Source: a virus. From it: DNA of 64,000 nt. A model generated the notes under the pieces. It saw only the letters and a program-made list of their open reading frames with translations, had not been told where the DNA came from and did no database searches. Position 1 is the stretch's first letter. Each line of letters begins with the position of its first letter. The stretch is from positions 31,289 through 95,288 of IMG/VR virus record IMGVR_UViG_3300025593_000028. The stretch is one strand, 5' to 3'. The position numbers and the translations under genes were made by a program. This document shows positions 10,201 to 18,227 of this stretch, piece after piece.

Positions 10201-10608
10201 GACCTCGGGCTCAGGATCAAGCAGGGCGAATCGCAGAGCGCGCAGAAACGCGCCGAAGAATACGAAGCCTTCAACGAGGCGATGCGCGGCCTCCTCGCCG
10301 GGCGGCCGTTCCTGTCGCTGAACTTTACGAACTTCATGGGCGCGCACGCGAAGGGCGGCGTCGCGCTCGTCGGCGAGAAAGGTCCGGAGCTCGCGCACAT
10401 GCCGCACGGCACCAGGATCACCGACGCGGAAGAGACCGCGCGACTGCTCAAGCCGCAGGTCACCGTCAGCGCCGAAGGCCTCTCGGAAGAATCCGGTGGA
10501 GATGAACGCGTGTACCATGTCGACGTGACGAACAACTTCCCGACGCCGCCCGCGGATCCGCACACCTGGGCGAAGCAGCAGGAGTACGAGCTCGGAGCGC
10601 TGGCGTGA
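4207..10608 (+). CDS. Tape measure protein with lytic-transglycosylase-like (~8400-8706) and M15-like peptidase (~8815-9140) domains
   Basis: 2133 aa, Ala/Gly-rich helical; EAGWDPHAQNPESTAYGLAQ...YIKERYG (SLT-like); SYHYKGEAVD...HKNHIH (M15 Zn ligands); GDSVPAML and VGEKGPEL tape-measure motifs. Confidence 0.92.
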   Translation: MPELGKATYVVEISTREAERELGRFKKTTHRATADASRDVHRLERGWEDAGLGVRRAERDVRRFNKEQERGGRKTWIWDNKLRQFSNTINALKWPAIFALGGPAIQALASLAAGAVSVSSALVSATGGVVAMGGALVQMARGASIALNGMLGLATAAGTLLLGFNGVAGALSAMMNQYGRSGQEAESSAKAQRSAMNQVHSAIERIRTSEESLAKAHVGVADAQEELHKARREAIRDLVDLRYAAEEGRLSERQAILALDEARESAAELAKRGSGATADEQRGAILSIEQAELGLRKSRTENKRSQEDLQRGERRGVRNSEGVVSARKALIEANRNVSKTERALVQSEHNLVEQQKDAAEAMNKTGRYANTLAAKMKLLPPAAKKFVHFLWGMKPKFEELQEVSAAGMFPGMEHGLTAAMGSFERLKKVIGLTAGAIGHTSEEMGRLVGSKGFGSRLQEVGESNARIMRMLGRASVSLTDAFSVLAKAGAPLNEWLGGLVKKWAEQYDAQKHAEASSGRLAKRFSMIKSIIKAVGGTIWNFGHVFLTVMEAGQHAGLGLWRSIDKWSKGLREGVESVSGRKSLSAYFERSAKALRLVGKLFMNLLGTVVNVGSASRKTGMELLRMLNHAAEGWKKWTESFHGKNEMKAYFEHTKPDVVESGRLVAALGSAIVELNQRGTVAPLLRELRVKLLPALTELIGNFTSDLAPAVINVLVELMGIVGQLSKASGGLSAAFQIIAGGLRIINGILQNPILRQLASWTLAFAALAKAGLMVREAFLGSALSQVMSRIRSIGAESSAAAGEMSAAETEKTAAVERTNAALREQEVLMSREEAVAMYGPYAGNKYADKQGLPATTWRGKYAGAKNMARGIPGRARNVGRSALGFARRNSGSIIGGGLLVGGSYAGSAVGGTAGSIIGGAATGAGLGAMFAPESLGLSIPIGAAAGALAAGIGALTSGGSSLGKAQKKLIGYARRVNQTFGEATSSAARLTEAQKRVSQAGDEEHHATKRLTKAERKLNELRHSNHKDSHAVVKAEFNVARARWSQVQALRKLHASEEVQRAGEHATRASIVKGYAATKLAIAAEEKHRKHLEERARTEGWTKEVTEKMGKTIKRITGYREKEAQLTKVAGQISDGFRKKVESMTSAQAKYGRSGVVLTDQLKEQREKLRDMKTHGLDYVGSGYQQLRDEAHKTETKLQEFLRNTSPKLAKFSETGSTHIKGLSGAFEGMSEATREALEALGVNVNKILLKLGVDKLAPPHLKHLRGRAAAEAHHHMQPGNPFTLGRQRGGHIDMGAPAGDSVPAMLEKDEYVLNRKAVRKVGVHNLDRLNFGEAPRFGFQQGGFVISEPQLSGGTKGLREAGQSGVHRATKAARHYVNKFWGGKKGIGGLQVKTGPIQQMARTLVSRTFGPGQWNSFNALEMGEAGWDPHAQNPESTAYGLAQNLYPATYPPAGRPGSRAPLLEQAKAQLQWMVRYIKERYGDPKTAYATWLGRSPHWYQRGGRVRGYQRGGRVRLQSGGQPTASASSWSGVGAGGLHTGIHNLASYVMSKFGGLSVTSTTGGEHEPNSYHYKGEAVDLANSSTSYMDKAAGWISGNLTSALTEGIHNPDLSVKYGKGVPSSYWGPETWAGHKNHIHLAVDHPWSRPSSPASGSGASAAERGFTKPKEKLPDHTTAKIPTGGVGPGKGGHAVAGYSETSVSTDKVKLPPLPKNAMGCTKQIASMRSLLNMYNTAAKQTKNEPAKRAYLENARVVRGRISALIKLRAKFIRSEKIRKITTAIKRAAAFEYWNGGELVKEGLLEQLEKKWTAAEEYAGRVTDLEPTEEADALSYIRAQEEPAYKAVLGVEGDWRNALVQAKESGTQKAGVEWPGKITDLRGKVSHQKDRIKEITEKIKEILGYKKDHPEAWEKQKGRIPGLKNERDDLRGKIEVERATMGALREAITQTYGETIPDWESMMEGVQGASGPWGVIAPLPASPDANAGFGGDIWATQMAIRDLGLRIKQGESQSAQKRAEEYEAFNEAMRGLLAGRPFLSLNFTNFMGAHAKGGVALVGEKGPELAHMPHGTRITDAEETARLLKPQVTVSAEGLSEESGGDERVYHVDVTNNFPTPPADPHTWAKQQEYELGALA

Positions 10609-11423
10609 GTGACCTCGGCGTAGACTACGGCGTGCCCTTCGTGCTCGAAGGGCCAGACGGCACCCGAGCCGTCTTCAACGACGACTCAGACGAAGACTAC
10701 GTCGGGATCCTCGGGGAGGAATCCTCGGGGCTCGACTCGGCGGAAGTGCGTGAAAACGCTCAGGACGCGACCGAAGCGGACGGCGGCGTGCACGGCAACT
10801 TCTACTACGGCCGGCGCCCGGTGATCCTCGCGGGCACCGTCGTGGCCGACTCGCTGTCGGATCGCAGGTCGAAGATCACCAAGCTGAAACGCGCGTCGAA
10901 CGCGCTCAGGGAAGACTCCTCGCTGACGTGGGAACCGCCGAGCGGCCCAGAAGTCGCGCTGTCGCTGCGCCGGCAGCAGCCAATACGCGTGACGGGCGGC
11001 GTGGTGAAGAGCTTCCAGGTGCCGCTAGTCTCAGCTAGCGCGTTCATCGAGAGCGTGGCGACCCACACGAAAGAATTCGCCGAAAACAAAGTCGCGTTCT
11101 CGGTGGAAAACGCGGGCGACGCGGAAGCGGCCCCCACGGTCGTGCTCGACGGCCCCATGACGAACCCGAGCATCATCAACAAAACCACCGGCAAGACGCT
11201 GAAGATCTCAGAATCGTGGCTCAAAGAAGAAACAGTCACGATCGACTTCAAGAACCACTCCATCAGCTTCAACGGAGAAGAAGACTACAACCTCTTGAAC
11301 TTCTCGGAAAGCACCTGGTGGAAGCTCGCTCCCGGATCGAACTCGATAGAAGTCTCGGCGTCTGTGTTCCTGCCAGGAGAAGGGGCGAAGATCACCGTGG
11401 AATGGAAGGACGCCTGGGTCTGA
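10605..11423 (+). CDS. Distal tail protein (Dit)
   Basis: DGGVHG...GRRPV and NAGDAEAAP...LAPGSN motifs; directly after the tape measure. Confidence 0.8.
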   Translation: MSDLGVDYGVPFVLEGPDGTRAVFNDDSDEDYVGILGEESSGLDSAEVRENAQDATEADGGVHGNFYYGRRPVILAGTVVADSLSDRRSKITKLKRASNALREDSSLTWEPPSGPEVALSLRRQQPIRVTGGVVKSFQVPLVSASAFIESVATHTKEFAENKVAFSVENAGDAEAAPTVVLDGPMTNPSIINKTTGKTLKISESWLKEETVTIDFKNHSISFNGEEDYNLLNFSESTWWKLAPGSNSIEVSASVFLPGEGAKITVEWKDAWV

Positions 11424-12637
11424 TGTGGACGTTCATCTTGACCAAACTCGACTGCACGAAGATCGGGGAGGTGCTGAACGCCAGCGAGCGATCGCTAGAG
11501 CTCAGGCTCAACGGTGCATCCACGGCATCTTTCACAATCAGATCTGACAGCGACCTCATCCCGAATCTGTTCGGGGAAGACACGCTGCTGCAGGTGTGGC
11601 AAGACAAGACGATCAGGTTCCACGGCTTCGTAGTCTCCACGCAGATGTCCGGCACCGAAGAGCAGGGCCTGACTGTGTCTGTTAACGCGATTGATCCCGC
11701 TTGGAGGCTCAGCAAGCGAGTGATGGACCCAGACGGAGAAGGGTTGAACTATGAAGGACAGCCGTCCTTCATCGCAGCTGCCATCATCGATCGTCTAAAC
11801 CACGACAGCGAAGAGTACCCAGACCGTAGAGACACAAGAATCAGCGTGAGCGGCGGGGCGCTGTCAGAAACTCCGCCAAGCATTCCTTACCAGGTGCTAC
11901 CGTTCGACACAGCCCTCAAGGGAGTGACAGATATGGCGCACCAGATCGGAGGCTTCGATTGGAGGATCGCGCCACTAGAGGGTGAACTTGATACAAGCAG
12001 CAGAATCACTGGTACTTCAGCTCAGCTAGGTGTAGAACCACCGATCACTGACGGAGGAGAGGAAGGAGAACTTCTAAAGATCGGTTACTTTTCTGCATTG
12101 AGTCACAGCTATCCGACCTTCGAAAAGTCAGAAACTGTGTTCTTCGAGCATGGGTTTGGTAAGCATAACATCTCGTCGATCAACTATAAGCGCGATCTAG
12201 AAGACATGGTGAACAAGGCGTACCACCTTCCCGACGAGGGTCTTGTCGCAGAAGGTGGTCACGCAAAGAACGTGCTCTTCAAGCGCGACCTCACCGCGAT
12301 GTGGGAACACAGTGGTCTGTTCGAAGAAGTAGCGGATGCACCCGGGTTGAACAGCGATGACCTGCGCAACGCGTGGTTGGAAGAAGTGATCAGGGTGAAA
12401 AAGAACCCGCGCTACGTAGTAGATGCCACCCTCAGGACCGATGACGGCACCGGCCAGGTACCGTCGATCGGAGACGATTTCTTCCTCGGGGACCGAGTTA
12501 CGATCAGATCCAAGATCGCCGACAGAGCTCTGTTCTCGGGAGTCGTGCGTGTGTACAGCATCTCTGTATCGCTCGACGAAAGCGGCAATGCAGAAGTATC
12601 GCCGACATTCCTCGACGAAGAAGGCAGCAGCCTCTAA
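11423..12637 (+). CDS. Baseplate hub/Tal-like minor tail protein
   Basis: LRLNGASTASF and DFFLGDRVT motifs; ATG overlaps the Dit stop; visibly lower GC. Confidence 0.75.
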   Translation: MWTFILTKLDCTKIGEVLNASERSLELRLNGASTASFTIRSDSDLIPNLFGEDTLLQVWQDKTIRFHGFVVSTQMSGTEEQGLTVSVNAIDPAWRLSKRVMDPDGEGLNYEGQPSFIAAAIIDRLNHDSEEYPDRRDTRISVSGGALSETPPSIPYQVLPFDTALKGVTDMAHQIGGFDWRIAPLEGELDTSSRITGTSAQLGVEPPITDGGEEGELLKIGYFSALSHSYPTFEKSETVFFEHGFGKHNISSINYKRDLEDMVNKAYHLPDEGLVAEGGHAKNVLFKRDLTAMWEHSGLFEEVADAPGLNSDDLRNAWLEEVIRVKKNPRYVVDATLRTDDGTGQVPSIGDDFFLGDRVTIRSKIADRALFSGVVRVYSISVSLDESGNAEVSPTFLDEEGSSL

Positions 12638-15042
12638 TGCCCAGGGATCCGAAGGACATCACAGCAAGTGGTCCGAGGAAGCGAGCACGCAAGATCGCTA
12701 TCCTCGGAGACAAAGTGTTCCCATCGAACGGCGGGCACTTCACCACGAACTACATTATCACCGGCAAAAACGTAGACGAAGAAACGCTATCCGGAAGCCA
12801 CATCGTCACGGAAACGTTGGACGCTAGGACGATCGCTGCGAACGCGATCACGGCGGGCAAGATCGAAGCCGGGGCTATCACCGCCGAAAAAATCGCCGCC
12901 AACGCGGTGCTAGCAGAAAACATCTTCGCTGGAGCGGTGACCACCGAAAAACTTGCGGCGGGGGCGGTCACCGCCGAAAAGATCGCCGCAGGCACCATCG
13001 TCGCGGCCAACATCGAAGCCGGGACGATCACAGCCGAACTGATCGCAGCAGAAGCGATCACCACCGAAAAGCTCTTCGCCGAAGCCGTGGTCGCGTCGAA
13101 GATCGCCGCGGGTGCGATCACCGCCGGGAAGATCTCTGCGGGATCGATCGAAACCTCGCACCTGAAAGCCGAAGCGGTCACCGCAGAAAAGATCAAAGCC
13201 GACTCGATCACGGCCGGGCAGATCGCAGCGGAAGCGATCACGACCTCCGAGTTGGCCGCCAACTCGGTCACCTCCGCGAAGATCGCGGCGGCGACCATCA
13301 CCGGCAGCGACATCGCAGCCTCGACGGTGACGGCGACCAACATCACGATCACCGAACTGTCCGCACTGAGCGCCGACCTCGGTACGATCACGGCCGGCAC
13401 CGTCACGGGCGCAACGCTGCGCACCGCAGAATCCGGCACCCGCTGGGAAGTCAATACAGAAGCGATGCGTGCGTACAGCGGCGCCACTCCCGTGCTGGAC
13501 TTCGACCTCGAAACCGGAAACCTAAAAATCAAGGGGACCATCGAAGAAGGGTCCACGATCCCGGCCGGCTCGATCACCGGGGTGCTCACGAGCGAACAGA
13601 TCGAATCGCTCGAAGCCGCGAAGATCACCGGCAAGCTCACGGGCGCACAAGTCAATGTGCCTAGCTTGATTTTCGACATCGTCGCCGCAGTGCCCGCCGA
13701 AGGCCAGGCCGCGATGAGTGAAGAAACAGCCGAACCGTATGAATGGCGGCTGAAACCCAGCGAAGCGAAATATCTCGCGATCCGCGACATCGACAAGTCT
13801 GGCAGGGAACTCGACGCGCTGTTCCAGCAGTTCGCATCCTCGGGTGAACCGTTCAAGGCACAGATATTGCTAACCAGTGCGTCTGATCCATCACGCTATG
13901 CACTATTCAACGTCAAAGGCAAAACCGAAAACATTGGTTCGCTGTATTACCGCTGGGAAATCGAATTATCCAAAGGCGTGGCAGAATTCGAATCTGGCGA
14001 GGAACTCTACTTCGAATTGAAGTCGGGGGCCGTTGTAGCTGAATCAATCACCGCCGGATACGTCGCAGCGGGGGCCATCACCACCGCGAAGCTGACGGCC
14101 TCCGCTGTCACCGCAGAAAAGATCGCCGCGAGCGCAGTCGAAGCGTCGAAGATCAAAGCCGAAGCGGTGGAAGCCTCCAAGATCAAATCGGAAGCCATCG
14201 AAACGTCGAAGTTGAAGGCCAACGCCGTGACGGCCGCCAAGATCGCGGCCTCCACCATCACCGCGACGCAGATCGCCGGGGAAACGATTACCGGCGCGAA
14301 GATCGCGGCTGGGACTATCACCGCCGCGAAGCTGTCCGTCGAAACCCTCTCCGCCATCAGCGCCAACCTGGGGACGGTTACTGCTGGGACGATCAAATCT
14401 GTGAACATAGAAGGCGGCAGTATCACCGGCGCGGCAATCCAGATCGACGCCGCGAGCAGTGAAGGCGTAGGAGAAGGCAGCAACAAACTTCGCTGGATGG
14501 ATGGCGCACTCGCGCGCGGTGAACTTTACACTTTCTCCAGCGGCTTTGGACTGAGCCACCTACAGATCAGGACTAACACTAGCGGTGGTACCTACGAGAC
14601 GCTGATGCGTAACATTGCTAATCCTACTGCGGCCGAAGCGTGGATCGACTTCAGCGCGAACAATAATCCGCGCACAATCGTCAATCAGAGCGGCGGGTCA
14701 ACCTTCGTCCAAGTCAGCACCAATCCGGGATACGTCGGTAACAATTACAGCAGCGCACCACAGGTCGGCATGATCTGGGGCAAAATCGGCCCGAGCGGCG
14801 AAAAGATTGATGGCTTGACCGAATTTTTCACAGTTAGTCACACCACGACCGGGCGCTACACGATCAGCTTCGTCGCCCCGTTTAAGACTTCCCCGGTTAT
14901 TATGCTCACGCGGTCTGGCGGGGAAGGGCAGTACGGCTTCAGCACCTACGGGGCGTTGACCAAAGAATCGTTCGCTGCGTATATTCGTAACTCAGGTGGC
15001 ACGCTCGCCAACGAATATTGGGCGTTCATTGCAATCGGATAA
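12637..15042 (+). CDS. Tail fibre/receptor-binding protein with 10-aa repeats
   Basis: Two blocks of (ITAEKIAAGA)-type repeats and LSAISANLGTVTAG motifs; globular C-terminus ending WAFIAIG. Confidence 0.8.
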   Translation: MPRDPKDITASGPRKRARKIAILGDKVFPSNGGHFTTNYIITGKNVDEETLSGSHIVTETLDARTIAANAITAGKIEAGAITAEKIAANAVLAENIFAGAVTTEKLAAGAVTAEKIAAGTIVAANIEAGTITAELIAAEAITTEKLFAEAVVASKIAAGAITAGKISAGSIETSHLKAEAVTAEKIKADSITAGQIAAEAITTSELAANSVTSAKIAAATITGSDIAASTVTATNITITELSALSADLGTITAGTVTGATLRTAESGTRWEVNTEAMRAYSGATPVLDFDLETGNLKIKGTIEEGSTIPAGSITGVLTSEQIESLEAAKITGKLTGAQVNVPSLIFDIVAAVPAEGQAAMSEETAEPYEWRLKPSEAKYLAIRDIDKSGRELDALFQQFASSGEPFKAQILLTSASDPSRYALFNVKGKTENIGSLYYRWEIELSKGVAEFESGEELYFELKSGAVVAESITAGYVAAGAITTAKLTASAVTAEKIAASAVEASKIKAEAVEASKIKSEAIETSKLKANAVTAAKIAASTITATQIAGETITGAKIAAGTITAAKLSVETLSAISANLGTVTAGTIKSVNIEGGSITGAAIQIDAASSEGVGEGSNKLRWMDGALARGELYTFSSGFGLSHLQIRTNTSGGTYETLMRNIANPTAAEAWIDFSANNNPRTIVNQSGGSTFVQVSTNPGYVGNNYSSAPQVGMIWGKIGPSGEKIDGLTEFFTVSHTTTGRYTISFVAPFKTSPVIMLTRSGGEGQYGFSTYGALTKESFAAYIRNSGGTLANEYWAFIAIG

Positions 15043-15060
15043 TAAGAAACGCGACTAGAC

Positions 15061-15089
15061 TTGCCCCACAACCCCACATCGTGTAGAAT
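15061..15089 (+). promoter_or_regulatory. Sigma70-type promoter (TTGCCC-N17-TAGAAT) upstream of the lysis cassette
   Basis: -35 at 15061-15066, 17-bp spacer, -10 at 15084-15089. Confidence 0.55.
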
Positions 15090-15118
15090 CTACCAACCCA
15101 ACAGTCTAAGGAGGACAC

Positions 15119-15334
15119 ATGGCAGCACGGCCTAAGAAGAAACCCAAGCCCAAGAGCAGTGACAAGTCTACCGGAGCCCAAGAAGAGCAGACCCCCGACG
15201 GGGTGCTTGTGGTCGTAGACGACGGGGGCCAGCTGCAGGCGCAGCCGGTCGGCGACGTCAAGCCCGCAGAGGTGCCGACGATTCTCCGCGTAGCTGCCAA
15301 AGGCGTCGAGGACGCGATGATCGACGCGGGCTAG
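15119..15334 (+). CDS. Hypothetical protein
   Basis: AAGGAGG SD; 71 aa. Confidence 0.7.
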   Translation: MAARPKKKPKPKSSDKSTGAQEEQTPDGVLVVVDDGGQLQAQPVGDVKPAEVPTILRVAAKGVEDAMIDAG

Positions 15335-15394
15335 GACTGGCTTCCAGTCCCATCTCGGGTAAGATCTACGAGTGAGCAAGAACCAAGGAGGATC

Positions 15395-15724
15395 ATGAGC
15401 CTAGCTCAGTATCGCAAGCTCGCGGTCTCGGTGGTGTCGTTCGGGGCGGCTGCGGTCGCGCTGTTCATCACCACTGACCCGGGGCTGAACGCAGCGCTCG
15501 TGTCCCTCGTCGGCGCCGGTTTCGGCGTCGTGGCGGTATTCGCCGCGAAGAACCACACGCCAGACGACCTCTCGAAGGCCGTCGCGCAGCTGCAGGGCGC
15601 CGCCCTGTCGGTGGCTGGCTTCTTCGTGACGGTCCCCACCACGCTGCCCGAGAAGCTGGCCGTGCTGTCTGCGGCCGCGGTCTCGGTCATCGGCGTCTAC
15701 TGGGCGAGGAACGAACCGTCGTGA
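15395..15724 (+). CDS. Holin (four hydrophobic segments, internally duplicated)
   Basis: YRKLAVSVV...VFAAKN and ...VYWARN halves; precedes the endolysins. Confidence 0.7.
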   Translation: MSLAQYRKLAVSVVSFGAAAVALFITTDPGLNAALVSLVGAGFGVVAVFAAKNHTPDDLSKAVAQLQGAALSVAGFFVTVPTTLPEKLAVLSAAAVSVIGVYWARNEPS

Positions 15725-15903
15725 GTGGACGGGGGTGCCCGAGCGGATGCCTGGGCACCCCCGTCGCTCGCTTCGATGCCCCGCGCAGGAGGCTCCACTT
15801 CTCGGTGCTCTGCGACAAGTGCGGCCACAGACTGAGCACGCCGGCCCCGCCCCAGGACTACTCGCCGGACCCGAAGCTCGGCCCAGGGATCAGCAGACCA
15901 TAG
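15721..15903 (+). CDS. Small Cys-rich (zinc-ribbon-like) protein
   Basis: CPSGC...CDKC; GTGA overlap. Confidence 0.45.
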   Translation: MSGRGCPSGCLGTPVARFDAPRRRLHFSVLCDKCGHRLSTPAPPQDYSPDPKLGPGISRP

Positions 15904-15913
15904 GATCTGCTCG

Positions 15914-16552
15914 ATGGCCACGAACGGTCGCCTGAGCAAGTCCGAACTCGCCCCGATCCCCGGGGGAGAACTGCGCAAGGACGCGGCAGCGGCTTGGAAC
16001 GCCCCAGGCGGGCCCGCAGACGCCGGCCTGCGCCCGACCGGGTCGATGTCGAGCTACAGGACCTACGACGAGCAGGTCTACCTCTACAAGCTCTACCTGG
16101 AAGGGAAGGGCGCGCTCGCAGCCGTGCCGGGCACGTCGAACCACGGCTGGGGAGTCGCCGTGGATCTCGCCGAGCCGTGGATGCGCGACTGGATCGACCA
16201 GCACGGCGCCAGGTACGGCTGGAAGAAGACCGAAGCTCTCAGCGAGTGGTGGCACGTGAACTACGTCGGAGGGGTGCACTTCCCGACGTTCAGGCCCCTG
16301 TCTTACCCGCGGTCGCGCGGGCGCAGGGTCGTGCGCTACACGAAACGACTGAAGTTCATCCGCAAGCGCAACGGACAGCGCTACATCAAGCGCTGGTACT
16401 GGCGCTTCAAGAAGCCCGTCCGCTGGGCCGTGAAGGACTTCCAGCGCGACCACGGGCTCAAGGATGACGGGGTGATCGGGGCCAAGACAGGATCTAAGAT
16501 CGACGCTGTGTTCCGCCGTCAGTGGCGACGCAGGAAGGTGGGGAAGCGGTGA
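15914..16552 (+). CDS. Endolysin 1: M15B (VanY-like) peptidase + peptidoglycan-binding domain
   Basis: SYRTYDEQ, PGTSNHGWGVAVD, EWWH; C-terminal AVKDFQRDHGLKDDGVIG. Confidence 0.88.
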   Translation: MATNGRLSKSELAPIPGGELRKDAAAAWNAPGGPADAGLRPTGSMSSYRTYDEQVYLYKLYLEGKGALAAVPGTSNHGWGVAVDLAEPWMRDWIDQHGARYGWKKTEALSEWWHVNYVGGVHFPTFRPLSYPRSRGRRVVRYTKRLKFIRKRNGQRYIKRWYWRFKKPVRWAVKDFQRDHGLKDDGVIGAKTGSKIDAVFRRQWRRRKVGKR

Positions 16553-17172
16553 ACAAGCAGGTCAGGGAGCTGGAGGCCGAGTGGGAGAAGCTCGCGAGCG
16601 CGCGCAAGCGCCAGCTAGAGCTCTACAAGAAGACCGGCCTCCGCGGGCACGCGAGGCTGGCCGCCGAGATCGGCAAGAAGATGAAGAGGGTCCGCACCAA
16701 GATCAAGAAGGCGGAAGAGATGCCCACCTGGAAGCTCGCGTGGGCCGCGCGGTTCGTCGCCAAGTGGGAGGGACTGCTGCTCACCTCGTACCTAGACACG
16801 ATCGCCTCGCCGCCGGTCTGGACCATCGGCTACGGGCACACCGGGCCAGACGTGGGCCCGGGGCAGAAGATCTCGAAGGCACGCGCGCTGGTCCTCCTGA
16901 CGCGGGACCTGCGCACCGCCGCACGGGCCGTCGCCCGCGACGTCAGCGTGCCGCTCACTACGCGCCAGCGGATCGCGCTCATCTCGATCTACTTCAACGT
17001 CGGAGCAGGGGCGATGGGCGCGTCGACGCTGGTGCGGAAGCTGAACGCGAAGGACTATCACGGGGCCGCGGACGAGTTCCTGCAGTGGGACCACGCAGGC
17101 GGGGTAGTCGTCCAAGGCCTCCTGAACAGGCGCCGGGCGGAGCGCTGGATGTTCCTGCATTCTGGCCGCTAA
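16549..17172 (+). CDS. Endolysin 2: GH24 (T4/P21-type) lysozyme with a basic N-terminal coiled coil
   Basis: EG..LTSYLD...WTIGYGHT, FNVG, GLLNRRRAE. Confidence 0.9.
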   Translation: MNKQVRELEAEWEKLASARKRQLELYKKTGLRGHARLAAEIGKKMKRVRTKIKKAEEMPTWKLAWAARFVAKWEGLLLTSYLDTIASPPVWTIGYGHTGPDVGPGQKISKARALVLLTRDLRTAARAVARDVSVPLTTRQRIALISIYFNVGAGAMGASTLVRKLNAKDYHGAADEFLQWDHAGGVVVQGLLNRRRAERWMFLHSGR

Positions 17173-17264
17173 ACCGTGGTCTAGCCTGGGTGCTCACGAG
17201 AGGGCATAGAACCGGCTGAGTCCCGGTCCTTGAGCCTCTCTCGGGCCCAGTGGCTCCGCGGATG

Positions 17265-17273
17265 TGGTATAGT
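17265..17273 (+). promoter_or_regulatory. Extended -10 promoter (TGgTATAGT)
   Basis: TGnTATAGT in the intergenic gap, followed by an AGGAGG SD. Confidence 0.5.
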
Positions 17274-17307
17274 GTAGCCCACGGAGGCTAGACTAGGAGG
17301 GAGAGGC

Positions 17308-17517
17308 TTGAACTGCAAGGCCCACTGCCGATCGTGCGGGAGGCACTTCACGAGCACGTCGGCGTTCGATAGGCACAGGACGGGGCCCTGGGACGATCGG
17401 TCTTGCGCGGACCCGTCGTCCGTAGACCGGCTCTACGAGTACGAGGGGGAGTGCGACCTCAAGCGAGGAGATCCGGACCCGGAGGCGGCCGTCTGGTCGA
17501 CGAAGAAGCCCGGGTGA
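17308..17517 (+). CDS. FDxHR-type phage zinc-binding protein
   Basis: HCRSCG.HF.STSAFDRHR...C. Confidence 0.7.
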   Translation: MNCKAHCRSCGRHFTSTSAFDRHRTGPWDDRSCADPSSVDRLYEYEGECDLKRGDPDPEAAVWSTKKPG

Positions 17518-18167
17518 GCACCAAGACAGACCCGATGCTGCTGCCCCCCGAGGCACCGAGCATCTCTGATTTCCAGCGATCTAAGGTGCTCTCCGCTGAG
17601 GCCTCCATCTCGGGCGACTCACCGCCGGCTCCTACCGGCCTAGCGGAGGAGGCCTGCGCCCGCGCGTCCGAGCTGGGCGGCGGCCTGCTCTCGCTCGAGC
17701 AGGTCGACGGTGCTGACGTGGTCTACGTGCGCGAGTCGGACAACAGGAGCCGGCTCGAGGTGGGCCGCGAGGCAGCCGCGCACGCCCTGCTGAGGGGGTC
17801 CTCGCACCACCTGGTGCATCCCGTCTTCCCTCCCCACGGCGTCGAGTGGGTATCTAGGTTCCTGGGCTCGCTCAGGGCGCACGGGGACGACGACGCGGCG
17901 CTCGAGTACGAAGCTGCGTATCGAGAGCTCGAAGTGCACACGGACCCGGCGGTCCGCGTGCGCCGCGCACGCAAGTCAGCGCTCGGCGCCGTGAACAAGG
18001 AGCGCGGCGTGCTCGCGAGGATCATCGCAGACGACCGGCCAGAATCCGTCGTGTGCCAGATGCTGGAGGTGGCCGACGGAGCTCTGAGGATCTACGACTC
18101 TTCCGGCGAGCGATCCGTGGACCTGCCGAGGCTGCGCTACCTGGCGTACAGGCTGTCAGAGGGGTAG
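17514..18167 (+). CDS. Degenerate TIGR04338/Rv0185-like metallopeptidase homologue
   Basis: LLRGSSHHLV...PPHGVEWVSRFL aligns by eye with LHExAHHL...HGPEF, with HExxH lost. Confidence 0.5.
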   Translation: MSTKTDPMLLPPEAPSISDFQRSKVLSAEASISGDSPPAPTGLAEEACARASELGGGLLSLEQVDGADVVYVRESDNRSRLEVGREAAAHALLRGSSHHLVHPVFPPHGVEWVSRFLGSLRAHGDDDAALEYEAAYRELEVHTDPAVRVRRARKSALGAVNKERGVLARIIADDRPESVVCQMLEVADGALRIYDSSGERSVDLPRLRYLAYRLSEG

Positions 18168-18227
18168 CGGCAAGGGGGTCGGACCCCCCTGGAAGCCCCT
18201 CCCCGAGGGGGTTGTACCATCTAGGGA

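Noticed and set aside
12780-14420. Tail-fibre 30-bp periodicity as a CRISPR-like array
   Set aside because: Degenerate coding repeats of a 10-aa motif with no unique spacers
14460-15042. Diversity-generating retroelement target in the tail fibre
   Set aside because: No reverse transcriptase and no TR/VR repeat pair seen in the window
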